Shown: positions 8,791 to 17,421, numbered from the stretch's first letter. The stretch: DNA of 64,000 nt from a virus (IMGVR_UViG_3300026484_000053:64001-128000); one strand, 5' to 3'. The notes: generated by a model from the sequence alone, not told the origin. Numbers and translations: made by a program.

Positions 8791-8868
8791 TGATTAGAGA
8801 TTTTAATTATTGGTAGCTCTCGCAGGTCCTACCAATAATTAAAGTGACCTGCGGTCACTCTCTTATCA
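8791..8868 (+). other. Multi-stem structured element (RNA leader or DNA cruciform)
   Basis: 15-bp perfect inverted repeat 8802-8816/8829-8843; 6-bp hairpin gtgacc-tgc-ggtcac 8844-8858; closing stem 8791-8800/8859-8868 (9/10 bp); loop 8821-8828 complementary to 8846-8853. Confidence 0.75.
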
Positions 8869-8884
8869 ATTAATAGGAGATAAA

Positions 8885-10861
8885 ATGAAAGCAAAATTAC
8901 AAGCTCAGTCAAATCTAAATTTTGACAATATAAGCTCATTATTATTATCTTCTATAAAAACTAACAAATTCAATCAAGCTAACAAATTCAAACAATCTAA
9001 ATATAAATCTAAATTAAAGAAAAAGAAGCATATTAATGCTATATACCCTAGTTTAAGCGTTCTTAAAATGCATAAAGAATACATATCAAGCCTAGATAAC
9101 GCACCGCAATCTAGAAGTATAGATATACTTATTGACGTTATAATCGATTTTACTAAAATGCACAGAACTAATCATATGCTAAGTAAGACTAACGGTCATC
9201 TGCTTTTAAGTTCTGAATTCATGAAAAAGTCAATTAGGCATTTCAACACCAGAAGCAACCTTACAGGTACTTTAAGAATAATCACTGGTTTTTATAACAG
9301 AACAAGAAAAGGTAACAATAAAGACAGACTTGGTGCAAGTACTTATACTAAAATAGAGCAAGAAGACACTACTTATGGGTGTGATAAAAATGTACATGAA
9401 GCAGTTAAAGAATATCTACTAAGTACTGATCCTAAAGCAGATGACCATTACGAGCAAATATCTAAACCTAAGGAAAAATCTAATAAAGACAGTAAGAATT
9501 TCCTTAAGGCAATATCAACTCCTGTAAAAGCCCTTAAGCAATGCGAACAATGCGAACAATCTAACCATTATGAGCAAGGTAGTAAAACGACGCAATCTAT
9601 AAAGCAATACAGATTTGACTATAAAGATATACAAGATGAGCTAAATGTTAATAGCTTAGCTAACAGACTAAAAGAAAAAGAACGATTAAATGAGTATATG
9701 AAAGAACAAGTACGTAACGACACGTATAAGCATGCATACCAAAAATACATTTATAAGAAAAATATTGCTGAAAATAACGAGATAATACGTTATTGTAAAG
9801 ACTTCTTTGCTAAACTAACTCTTAAAGGTAATATTCGAAGCACTCAGTATTATACAATAGACATAAAAGAAAGTACAAGTATGAGAAATGGTAGAGTATA
9901 TTCTTACTTTACGTCTTTACCATCTAAAGTAAGAGACTTTATATTTAATGGAATATCACTTGACGGTAAAAACATGGCATTCGCTACGTTATATAACAAG
10001 TACGCTAAAGAAGGACTTGATCTACCATATATGAAAGACTATGTACAGAACAGAGAAAAGCACATCAGACTATTATGCGACTTTGCATATATTGAAGCAA
10101 ACGTCCTAAACGGCTATGAAATGATAGAAGATACAGATTGTAGCGGCTATACTAAGCTTATAATATATGATTACGCTGGAGAAGTAAAAAAGCATAGAAT
10201 GACAAATCTGTATAAAAAAATGAAGAAAGAAGCTAAAATGTTATACTTAAGTGCTCTATTCGGATCTAATCTTAATGAACACTTCACTGACGACAGTACA
10301 TTAAAAATGTTAAGAAGAACGGCTACAGGTGTAAATTATGATAATCCTGCGCATCATTTTATTAAAAACCTTAAATCTGATCTTCTTAAGTGCTGCGCCT
10401 TTAGTAATGTAAAAGTTAAAGATCTGGCTAATGAATTTATGAAGATAGAGACAAGTATGATGAATGAAATACAAAATACGCTTAAGTCAGACATTAAAAA
10501 TACTATAAGAATACATGATGAAGTTATTATACCTTTTATACCTAGTAAAGGTAAAGATACTATAAGAATAAGTTCTATTAATAAAATAGAACAGATATCT
10601 GATCTATATAACGTAAAGATATCTAATGTAGATGATTTATACGATTATGCTTATTATCATAATAGTTGCACTACTTGTAGTACTTGTAGTACCCAATCAA
10701 CACCAGCAGAGATTAGTATAATCGAAAATAATAAAGTACATAGTATCATTAGTAATACAAAGCTATATGATAATGCTACGTATAAGAACTTTAGTTTCTT
10801 TGTTAGAGCTAATAAGCTAAATTACAAAGATAAAGTACCAATTTCGAGCTGCAATAGTTAA
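8885..10861 (+). CDS. Family-A polymerase / T7-type single-subunit RNA polymerase-like palm protein
   Basis: NGRVY, SLDGKN, KxxxKxxxxxxxFG and RIHDEV occur in the order of T7 RNAP/PolA motifs, with the canonical internal spacing of motif B; AGGAGA RBS. Confidence 0.6.
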   Translation: MKAKLQAQSNLNFDNISSLLLSSIKTNKFNQANKFKQSKYKSKLKKKKHINAIYPSLSVLKMHKEYISSLDNAPQSRSIDILIDVIIDFTKMHRTNHMLSKTNGHLLLSSEFMKKSIRHFNTRSNLTGTLRIITGFYNRTRKGNNKDRLGASTYTKIEQEDTTYGCDKNVHEAVKEYLLSTDPKADDHYEQISKPKEKSNKDSKNFLKAISTPVKALKQCEQCEQSNHYEQGSKTTQSIKQYRFDYKDIQDELNVNSLANRLKEKERLNEYMKEQVRNDTYKHAYQKYIYKKNIAENNEIIRYCKDFFAKLTLKGNIRSTQYYTIDIKESTSMRNGRVYSYFTSLPSKVRDFIFNGISLDGKNMAFATLYNKYAKEGLDLPYMKDYVQNREKHIRLLCDFAYIEANVLNGYEMIEDTDCSGYTKLIIYDYAGEVKKHRMTNLYKKMKKEAKMLYLSALFGSNLNEHFTDDSTLKMLRRTATGVNYDNPAHHFIKNLKSDLLKCCAFSNVKVKDLANEFMKIETSMMNEIQNTLKSDIKNTIRIHDEVIIPFIPSKGKDTIRISSINKIEQISDLYNVKISNVDDLYDYAYYHNSCTTCSTCSTQSTPAEISIIENNKVHSIISNTKLYDNATYKNFSFFVRANKLNYKDKVPISSCNS

Positions 10862-10917
10862 ATCCTGCCTATAGTGGCGTCTGCTTTACGTCAAGTCCTT
10901 TAACGTGACTTCAACTA

Positions 10918-10983
10918 CTTCAACTACTTTAATACAACTTTAATCTATCTTATGTTATAATATACTTATAAAAATTATAAAGG
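10918..10983 (+). repeat. 66-bp direct repeat copy 1, containing an early promoter and RBS
   Basis: Identical to 11737-11803 except for one A; contains TTTAAT tracts, TGTTATAAT (10953-10961) and AAGG. Confidence 0.9.
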
Positions 10984-10990
10984 ATAATGA

Positions 10991-11410
10991 ATGAAATTTA
11001 AAACAATAAAATCGCCTACAACAGGCAAAATATGGATGGACAGAAACATCGGTGCCAAGAGAAGAGCCAAAGCAATTGACGATAAAAAGTCATATGGTAA
11101 GATATTAACTTGGGACGAAGCAGTAGATGTATGTAAAAAATACCCAGGCTTTAGATTACCTACGATAAAAGAGCTTAAATCCGAGAATATACAAAACAGT
11201 AATGACGCATTTAATAAACTTAAACTACCTTCTGCTGGTGACGGTTTTGCGTACAGTCAAGGTTCTTGGGGTACTCTGTGGTCGAGTTCTATCGAAAGCA
11301 AGCGCTCTTTCGCATTGGGCTTCCATTCAAAGTCTACGAGCAAGTACAAATACAATCGCGAATTTGAATTTTCAGTAAGATTAATAATGAAAAGAAGGCC
11401 AAATAAATGA
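10991..11410 (+). CDS. Small C-type-lectin-fold protein (FISUMP/DUF1566-like), candidate DGR target
   Basis: GKIWMDRNIGA, TWDEA..C...FRLPT.KEL, LWSSS, R.FEFSVRL are typical of CLec domains used as DGR targets. Confidence 0.8.
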   Translation: MKFKTIKSPTTGKIWMDRNIGAKRRAKAIDDKKSYGKILTWDEAVDVCKKYPGFRLPTIKELKSENIQNSNDAFNKLKLPSAGDGFAYSQGSWGTLWSSSIESKRSFALGFHSKSTSKYKYNREFEFSVRLIMKRRPNK

Positions 11411-11580
11411 AAGCAAGTAACGAAGAAATGAGAGACCAATAAGCAAGAGTCAGCTGTGACGGTTGTCCATTTTTCGATGCTATAGATAGATGCACTATAA
11501 TAAATTATAACGAAGAGATTTTCGCAGATACTGAACATAAATGTGGAGCTTACGCATGTATTGCAAATGAAGGTAATTAG
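11407..11580 (+). pseudogene. Small Cys-rich phage ORF interrupted by an in-frame TAA
   Basis: ATG overlaps the previous stop (ATGA); reads MKASNEEMRDQ*ARVSCDGCPFF...HKCGAYAC..* with TAA at 11440-11442. Confidence 0.4.
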
Positions 11581-11598
11581 GAACTTCATAAACCTGAG

Positions 11599-11751
11599 AT
11601 GGAGAAGCATAATTGCAAATTCCAAGTTGGTGATACAATCAGATTCAAGGGATTTTCAGGTAAATACAAGATCATCGACATTGATCACGAAAAAAGAAAA
11701 TACATCCCGGAAATTCAGACACATCATTTAATGCGACTTCAACTACTTTAA
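11599..11751 (+). CDS. Small hypothetical ORF (KFQVGDTIR motif), 3' end lies in the promoter repeat
   Basis: Hand-translated MEKHNCKFQVGDTIRFKGFSGKYKIIDIDHEKRKY...; this KFxVGDxVR-type start is common in small phage proteins. Confidence 0.4.
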   Translation: MEKHNCKFQVGDTIRFKGFSGKYKIIDIDHEKRKYIPEIQTHHLMRLQLL

Positions 11752-11803
11752 TACAACTTTAATCTATCTTATGTTATAATATACTTATAAAAAATTATAA
11801 AGG
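11737..11803 (+). repeat. 67-bp direct repeat copy 2, containing an early promoter and RBS
   Basis: Matches 10918-10983; TATAAT at 11775-11780. Confidence 0.9.
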
Positions 11804-11809
11804 TTTATT

Positions 11810-12010
11810 ATGAAACTTCAAACTTCTATTAATGGTACGTTAAAAGAGTATCTTCATCTTTTAATAGGTAAAAAATTCAAGAGTGCTTCAGGTAACATTT
11901 ACGAAATTAATGTTCTACCTTTCGCTTTTTATGCTATATCTTTTAATGATAACGTATTATTTACGTCTAACAGAGCAGATGTTATAAATGATTGGCTGTA
12001 CAGAAACTAA
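11810..12010 (+). CDS. Hypothetical protein (66 aa)
   Basis: Follows the promoter repeat; TAATG-coupled to the helicase. Confidence 0.55.
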   Translation: MKLQTSINGTLKEYLHLLIGKKFKSASGNIYEINVLPFAFYAISFNDNVLFTSNRADVINDWLYRN

Positions 12011-14700
12011 TGTATTTAACAATTTTTAACGCTATTAAAAGCACTAACAAAGCAAATAAAAAGCCTATATCTCAATATGATGACGAGTCATTTATTTTTT
12101 ATAATGTTTATTGCGCATCCTTAAGACAGTGTTTTAAGGTTCTATCTAACGAATACATCCTTAGCCAAACCATAAATATTGACGAACCTTTAAAACTGAC
12201 TAGAAGTGTAAAGGTTTTAAAAGAATTTAAAAGTGACAATTTAGAAATACTACCATTAGATTTAGATTACATTTATACGCAAGAGATGTGTTTAAAAGTT
12301 ATACAGTTTTTTAAAGATATGAACTTTAAATGTATATTAGGTAAAAGTAGAGGATTTAATAACAAAGATAAATTTACTCTTAAAGGATTTATCGTACTAG
12401 ACATTAAAAATGACAGAGCAGTAATATCAGGATTGCTAAATTACATCCAAACTTTAATGAATGAATATGGATTAGAAGGAGTTGAGTTAGACTGTGCTAT
12501 TAAAACAATAAATTCAGTGCAAAGCCCAGTCTTAAATAATGATGTTTTATATATTAATGAGTCAAGTAAAGCAAGAGTATTAAATAACACAGACTTTAAT
12601 ATTATAGAAGTGCAGTCTTATAACGATACGGTAGTTGATTTATCTAGCTTAAATACTAAAGAATCAGCATTAGACACTTGTTTAGAAATATTTGCACAAA
12701 AAGGATTTACAGCCGTATCGCAAAGAGAAGATACTAGCATTAATTTTAGTCATCCAAGTGAGAAGAAGTCTAAAGGTGGTTTCTTCTTCTTTAAAGAATC
12801 ACCAACTATAATGCACCATCCTAATAGTGCAAGGACTATTAATATAGCTCAAGAATTTAAACGTACCGCTATTGGTAAAGCATATTTTATTGAACGTGGA
12901 AAACTTATACAGAAGAATATGTTAGAAAAACCTGATTATGGTATATTCGTAAATGAAAGATACCTTAACGTAGAGCCTAAAATTAAAGAAATACAGGATT
13001 TTGTTCATAAAGATACAGAAGTTTTAAAGATAAAATCAGCTATGGGTACAGCTAAAACGAATATCATATCAGCAGTTATTAAAGAAGCTCAAATTAAAAA
13101 AGAAAAGTTAAGAGTTATTTTAGTGTCTAATAGAGTAAGTGTAGCAAGAGATTTTGCTGATAAGTATGAAGAATATAATATGTCATATTATAAAGAAGTC
13201 CAAAACAGTAAAACAGAGCCTTTTAATCTTATAGTACAGTTTGATAGCCTTTATAAATTTAAAGTGCATGAATATGATATTGTCATTTTTGACGAGTTTA
13301 TAAGTCTTTTATTGCATCATCAAAGTCCGTTAGGTACGAATGGTAATTTAAACGCTGCAAAATTCAGAGTTTTATTAAATAAGAAAATTCTATGTTGCGA
13401 TGCTTTTCTTACTGGATACGAAGACGTTTTCTTTAAAGACAGAAAAATAGTACAGTTTGCTAACAAATATCGTGACGATGTTAAACTTATAGAGTATAAA
13501 GATAAAGGTAGATTTTGTAAAGATATAATAAACAATTCACTTTCACTTAAAGAAGGCGAACATATTAGCGCATCTTTTACTTCTTTAAATATGCTGAAAG
13601 TTGTACAACAGGAGTTACTTTCAAAAGATATAAGGGTAATCAGTCTTACAGGAGAGACACCAGATACTACTAGAGAATTAATTTATAAAAGATTTAAAGA
13701 AGACAGCCACAACGCATTTCAGGTTATACTTTATACTCCTACACTTACAGTAGGAGTAAGTAATGTTAATAACGTATTACAGCACTACCATTATGACTCT
13801 AGTATGAGTTGTGACGTTATTAGTTCATTACAAATGATTAAAAGATCTAGAACAGCTAAAGAGATACGATTTTATTTAGAAGATAAAAAGGCAATTAACG
13901 AAACGTCGGCTGCTAAACTAAATGAGATAGCTAAAAACAATATTGTAGAGTTCTACAATAACAGTGATAAAACTCTTCTAGTAAAATTAAATGAAGATAC
14001 AGGAGAGGTTGAACTTACTAAATTAGCTTACTATCTTAACAATATTAATGCTTTTAGTAATCTATTAAGCAACGATCATGCTAATGCTTTTAAAGTTCTG
14101 CTGAAATACCAATTTAATGGCGGCTACGATTCTGCTGAAATTAATGAAGAAATTTATGAATTCGACTATAAATCAAAAATAAAAGAGATTAAAACTAAAG
14201 AAAAAGAAAACGCTGCTAATTTATTGGAAGAATATTCTTATTTTAATTATACTGAGCAAGATGTTAACGACGCTAAGTTTAGTACTATAGAACTTAAAGA
14301 CGAAGAAAAAGTTATGCTGATGAAAGATAATATCCAAAAGCTATTTAAGCACCAAATACCAAAACATATTTTAAATGAACTTGTTAAGATAGATCAAAAA
14401 GATAATATAGTTAGAAAGATTAAAAACTACCATTTGTTTAGTGGCGACAAAGATTATTTAATGTATAAGCTTAGTTTTACAGTAAGTAATAATCTTCATG
14501 TTAGTAAGCGATTCGTTAAAAATATTAAGATAGCTTGTGAAGTGAAAGAGTTAAAAGACGCTTACTCTAACAACGATATAAAACGTATAGAAAGTAACAT
14601 ACAAGGTTTTGGAGAATTTATAAAAGAAATAGGTTATGTTAAACAAAGAAACAAGTACAGATTAGATAAAAGAATACTAACATATCTAAAGTATCTATAG
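12010..14700 (+). CDS. UL9/origin-binding-protein-like SF2 helicase with putative N-terminal primase (AEP)-like domain, paralogue 1
   Basis: KSAMGTAKT, VSNRVSVA, FDEFISLL, CDAFLT, YTPTLTVGVS and LQMIKRSRT align in order with UL9-type motifs. The N-terminus has LPLDLD...GKSRG...KGFI. ATG at 12010 is preferred over the TTG at 11992. Confidence 0.8.
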   Translation: MYLTIFNAIKSTNKANKKPISQYDDESFIFYNVYCASLRQCFKVLSNEYILSQTINIDEPLKLTRSVKVLKEFKSDNLEILPLDLDYIYTQEMCLKVIQFFKDMNFKCILGKSRGFNNKDKFTLKGFIVLDIKNDRAVISGLLNYIQTLMNEYGLEGVELDCAIKTINSVQSPVLNNDVLYINESSKARVLNNTDFNIIEVQSYNDTVVDLSSLNTKESALDTCLEIFAQKGFTAVSQREDTSINFSHPSEKKSKGGFFFFKESPTIMHHPNSARTINIAQEFKRTAIGKAYFIERGKLIQKNMLEKPDYGIFVNERYLNVEPKIKEIQDFVHKDTEVLKIKSAMGTAKTNIISAVIKEAQIKKEKLRVILVSNRVSVARDFADKYEEYNMSYYKEVQNSKTEPFNLIVQFDSLYKFKVHEYDIVIFDEFISLLLHHQSPLGTNGNLNAAKFRVLLNKKILCCDAFLTGYEDVFFKDRKIVQFANKYRDDVKLIEYKDKGRFCKDIINNSLSLKEGEHISASFTSLNMLKVVQQELLSKDIRVISLTGETPDTTRELIYKRFKEDSHNAFQVILYTPTLTVGVSNVNNVLQHYHYDSSMSCDVISSLQMIKRSRTAKEIRFYLEDKKAINETSAAKLNEIAKNNIVEFYNNSDKTLLVKLNEDTGEVELTKLAYYLNNINAFSNLLSNDHANAFKVLLKYQFNGGYDSAEINEEIYEFDYKSKIKEIKTKEKENAANLLEEYSYFNYTEQDVNDAKFSTIELKDEEKVMLMKDNIQKLFKHQIPKHILNELVKIDQKDNIVRKIKNYHLFSGDKDYLMYKLSFTVSNNLHVSKRFVKNIKIACEVKELKDAYSNNDIKRIESNIQGFGEFIKEIGYVKQRNKYRLDKRILTYLKYL

Positions 14701-14781
14701 GGTCTATATCGTCTCTTATCTTCGTTTAAGCTTTTATTATAAATATTTTTATAACATCACATAACACTATAAAGGCATATA

Positions 14782-17403
14782 ATGCATGAACATAAAACTA
14801 AAATAACTTTATTTGACGGTCAAGGAGATACTAAAATTCCTTTTTCTACAAGAGAAGATGGATCTTTTATTTTTGCCACTCTAGAATTAAGTTACACTGA
14901 AATAGTAAAAGTTAAGCAAGATTCTTATTCCCTAGCTTATTCATATAATATACAAGAACCAATATTAACTCACAGAGCAAAATTATCAAACGTAGCGCCT
15001 ATAAATGATGGAGATATTGTAGATTCAATTACGTTTAATATTAAAGTCGAAGATATTAATATAGAAGACGCTATAAATGTACTTAGAAACACACAATATG
15101 ATATGATAGCACTAAAATCAAAGCAAGGATTAACTTGCATATTAAAAGTACAAATGGAACTAAAATATATTTACTACAGCATGATGGAACTTCAAAAATT
15201 ATTAGGTTCTCAATGTAGCATTAAAGTACCTAACATTTACGACATCGAGAAACCGTTTGAAAACCTTGAGGTACTTTACGAAAGAAACACTAATAAAGCT
15301 TTACATAATATAATGATAGAGAAAGAACTTGAAAACACATCTTCTATGACATTTATAGAGATATGTTTATCAGAATTTGAAAATATGGGATACGAACAAA
15401 CTAGCATAAAATCACTTAAAGGTAAACCAGGAGTGTTCTTATTTACTAAAGACCAGGATAAATTTCATTTTAACGAAGAATATCCCATTAAAATGCAAGG
15501 TATTTACGGTGCAAAATCTGAGTCAATATTTTATCTTATAAACAAAACAAAGCAAGGTAAAGAGTGGCTTCAAAACAGAAATAAAAAAGAACAGATAAAC
15601 GCTTTAGAAAATAAAAAATCTAAGAAAAGCAAAAATAATATCATAATAAACGAGAGATATCTTAAGGCTGAAGATTTAAAAGCAGTTACAAATAAATTCA
15701 TTCAAACTAAGGACTGCGTTTTAAAGATAAAATCAGCTATGGGTACAGCAAAAAGTGACGTTATTTATGATATTATAAAGCAAGCACATGAAGATGGCAT
15801 GAAGATTATAGTTGTTTCAAACAGAATATCAGTAGCGAAAGATTTTGCAGAAAAGTACAATATGGATATCTATCAAAATATGTACAACAGTTCTAATTCG
15901 ATAGTAGTACAGTTTGATAGTTTACACCGTTATAATCCAGCTGATTATGACTTAGTAGTATTTGATGAGTTTATGAGCTTATTGCTGCACCATAGAACTT
16001 CTTTAGGTACAAACAGTAACATTAACGCTATTAAATTTAAAATCCTACTCCAAAAAAGAGTAATACTTGCTGATGCCTTTCTTACTGGATACGAAGACGA
16101 GTTTATAAAAGATCGTAAAATTATACAGATAGAAAATACTTATAGAGATTGTACTGATCTTTTTAACTACTCTAATAAAGAGCACTTTATACAAACTTTA
16201 ATAGACGAGTCTCAAAAGTTAAAAGATGAAGAGCATATAAGTGCGTCGTTTACTTCATTAGCAGCATTAAAATTGGTATACTACTCTCTTAAAAAGAAAG
16301 GTGTAAAGGTAGTTAAACTAACAAGTGAAACGTCTGAAGATACAAGGCAGTTAATTTATAAAAGATTTAAGGAGCAAACGCATATTGCATTTCAGGTTAT
16401 ACTTTATACTCCTACACTTACAGTAGGAGTAAGTAATGTTAATAACGTCACTAAACATTTTCATTATGACTCTAGTATGAGTTGCGACGTTATTAGTTCA
16501 TTACAGATGATTAAAAGATCTAGAACAGCTAAAGAGATACATTTCTTTTTGCAGAATAGACAACTTCATAAAGACATCGATCTTGAAAGTATAAACAGAA
16601 GAGCTGAGCATAATGCTGTAAAATACTACGCTAATAAAGATAAAGCATTACTTTTAGATGTAGATTATGAAACAGGTGAGATGAAGCTTACACCTTTAGC
16701 GCATTATATTAACAAGATAGAAGTGTTTAACAATATCCTTATGAACAATCACAAGAATGCATTTTTAGTACTTCTATCTTACCAGTTTAATTCAGCACCT
16801 ATAGAAGTTAAAGGTAAAGTATCTTGGAAAATGAGAGATCTTACTAGACAAATAAAAGAAAAAGAATTACAAGACGCTTTAAGTGTTTTCGATAAATTTA
16901 AAGACGTTAAATTAAGTGATAAAGAAGTTAAAAGACTAAGATTTAAAACGTCAGAGTTATCAGATGAAGAAAAAGTAGCACAAATAAAACATGATATTCA
17001 ATCTATGTATAGCAAAGAAATTCCTCAAAAATCGCTAGACGAATTAACGCGTTTAGAAATAGAACAGAACTTTAAGTTTACTGATAAAGTTAAATTAAAT
17101 AAGATATTTCAAAACGAAGACGACAGTTATGCAAAATACGAATTATCTGAAGCTATAAGTAATAATATAGGAATGTTGCAAGATAATAATAAAGAGACAA
17201 TAAACTTTTTAAAATATCTTATTATTAACGATAACGCAGCATTAAAAGGATCTTATACTTTAGATGACATAAAAAGAATTGATTTCGAAAGAGGTAAAGG
17301 TTCTAAACTTGCTAATTTCTTAAAAAGCTTAGGATATACGTACAGCGCTGGTAAATGGGAAGTAGACCTAAGAGTTCTTGGTTATATTAAGTACCTTGAT
17401 TAA
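14782..17403 (+). CDS. UL9/origin-binding-protein-like SF2 helicase, paralogue 2
   Basis: Same motif series (KSAMGTAKS, FDEFMSLL, ADAFLT, YTPTLTVGVS, LQMIKRSRT); the N-terminus lacks an obvious DxD. Confidence 0.8.
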   Translation: MHEHKTKITLFDGQGDTKIPFSTREDGSFIFATLELSYTEIVKVKQDSYSLAYSYNIQEPILTHRAKLSNVAPINDGDIVDSITFNIKVEDINIEDAINVLRNTQYDMIALKSKQGLTCILKVQMELKYIYYSMMELQKLLGSQCSIKVPNIYDIEKPFENLEVLYERNTNKALHNIMIEKELENTSSMTFIEICLSEFENMGYEQTSIKSLKGKPGVFLFTKDQDKFHFNEEYPIKMQGIYGAKSESIFYLINKTKQGKEWLQNRNKKEQINALENKKSKKSKNNIIINERYLKAEDLKAVTNKFIQTKDCVLKIKSAMGTAKSDVIYDIIKQAHEDGMKIIVVSNRISVAKDFAEKYNMDIYQNMYNSSNSIVVQFDSLHRYNPADYDLVVFDEFMSLLLHHRTSLGTNSNINAIKFKILLQKRVILADAFLTGYEDEFIKDRKIIQIENTYRDCTDLFNYSNKEHFIQTLIDESQKLKDEEHISASFTSLAALKLVYYSLKKKGVKVVKLTSETSEDTRQLIYKRFKEQTHIAFQVILYTPTLTVGVSNVNNVTKHFHYDSSMSCDVISSLQMIKRSRTAKEIHFFLQNRQLHKDIDLESINRRAEHNAVKYYANKDKALLLDVDYETGEMKLTPLAHYINKIEVFNNILMNNHKNAFLVLLSYQFNSAPIEVKGKVSWKMRDLTRQIKEKELQDALSVFDKFKDVKLSDKEVKRLRFKTSELSDEEKVAQIKHDIQSMYSKEIPQKSLDELTRLEIEQNFKFTDKVKLNKIFQNEDDSYAKYELSEAISNNIGMLQDNNKETINFLKYLIINDNAALKGSYTLDDIKRIDFERGKGSKLANFLKSLGYTYSAGKWEVDLRVLGYIKYLD

Positions 17404-17415
17404 GTACCTTGATTA
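17387..17415. repeat. 13-bp tandem duplication at the helicase stop
   Basis: ttaagtaccttga x2. Confidence 0.85.
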
Positions 17416-17421
17416 TAAATA
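17414..17421 (+). promoter_or_regulatory. T4-type late promoter
   Basis: TATAAATA 22 nt before the gp3 ATG. Confidence 0.75.

Noticed and set aside
11407-11751. In-frame TAA/TAG as evidence of stop-codon reassignment
   Set aside because: All core genes are full length under the standard code and end in TAA, TAG or TGA; local decay is the simpler explanation.
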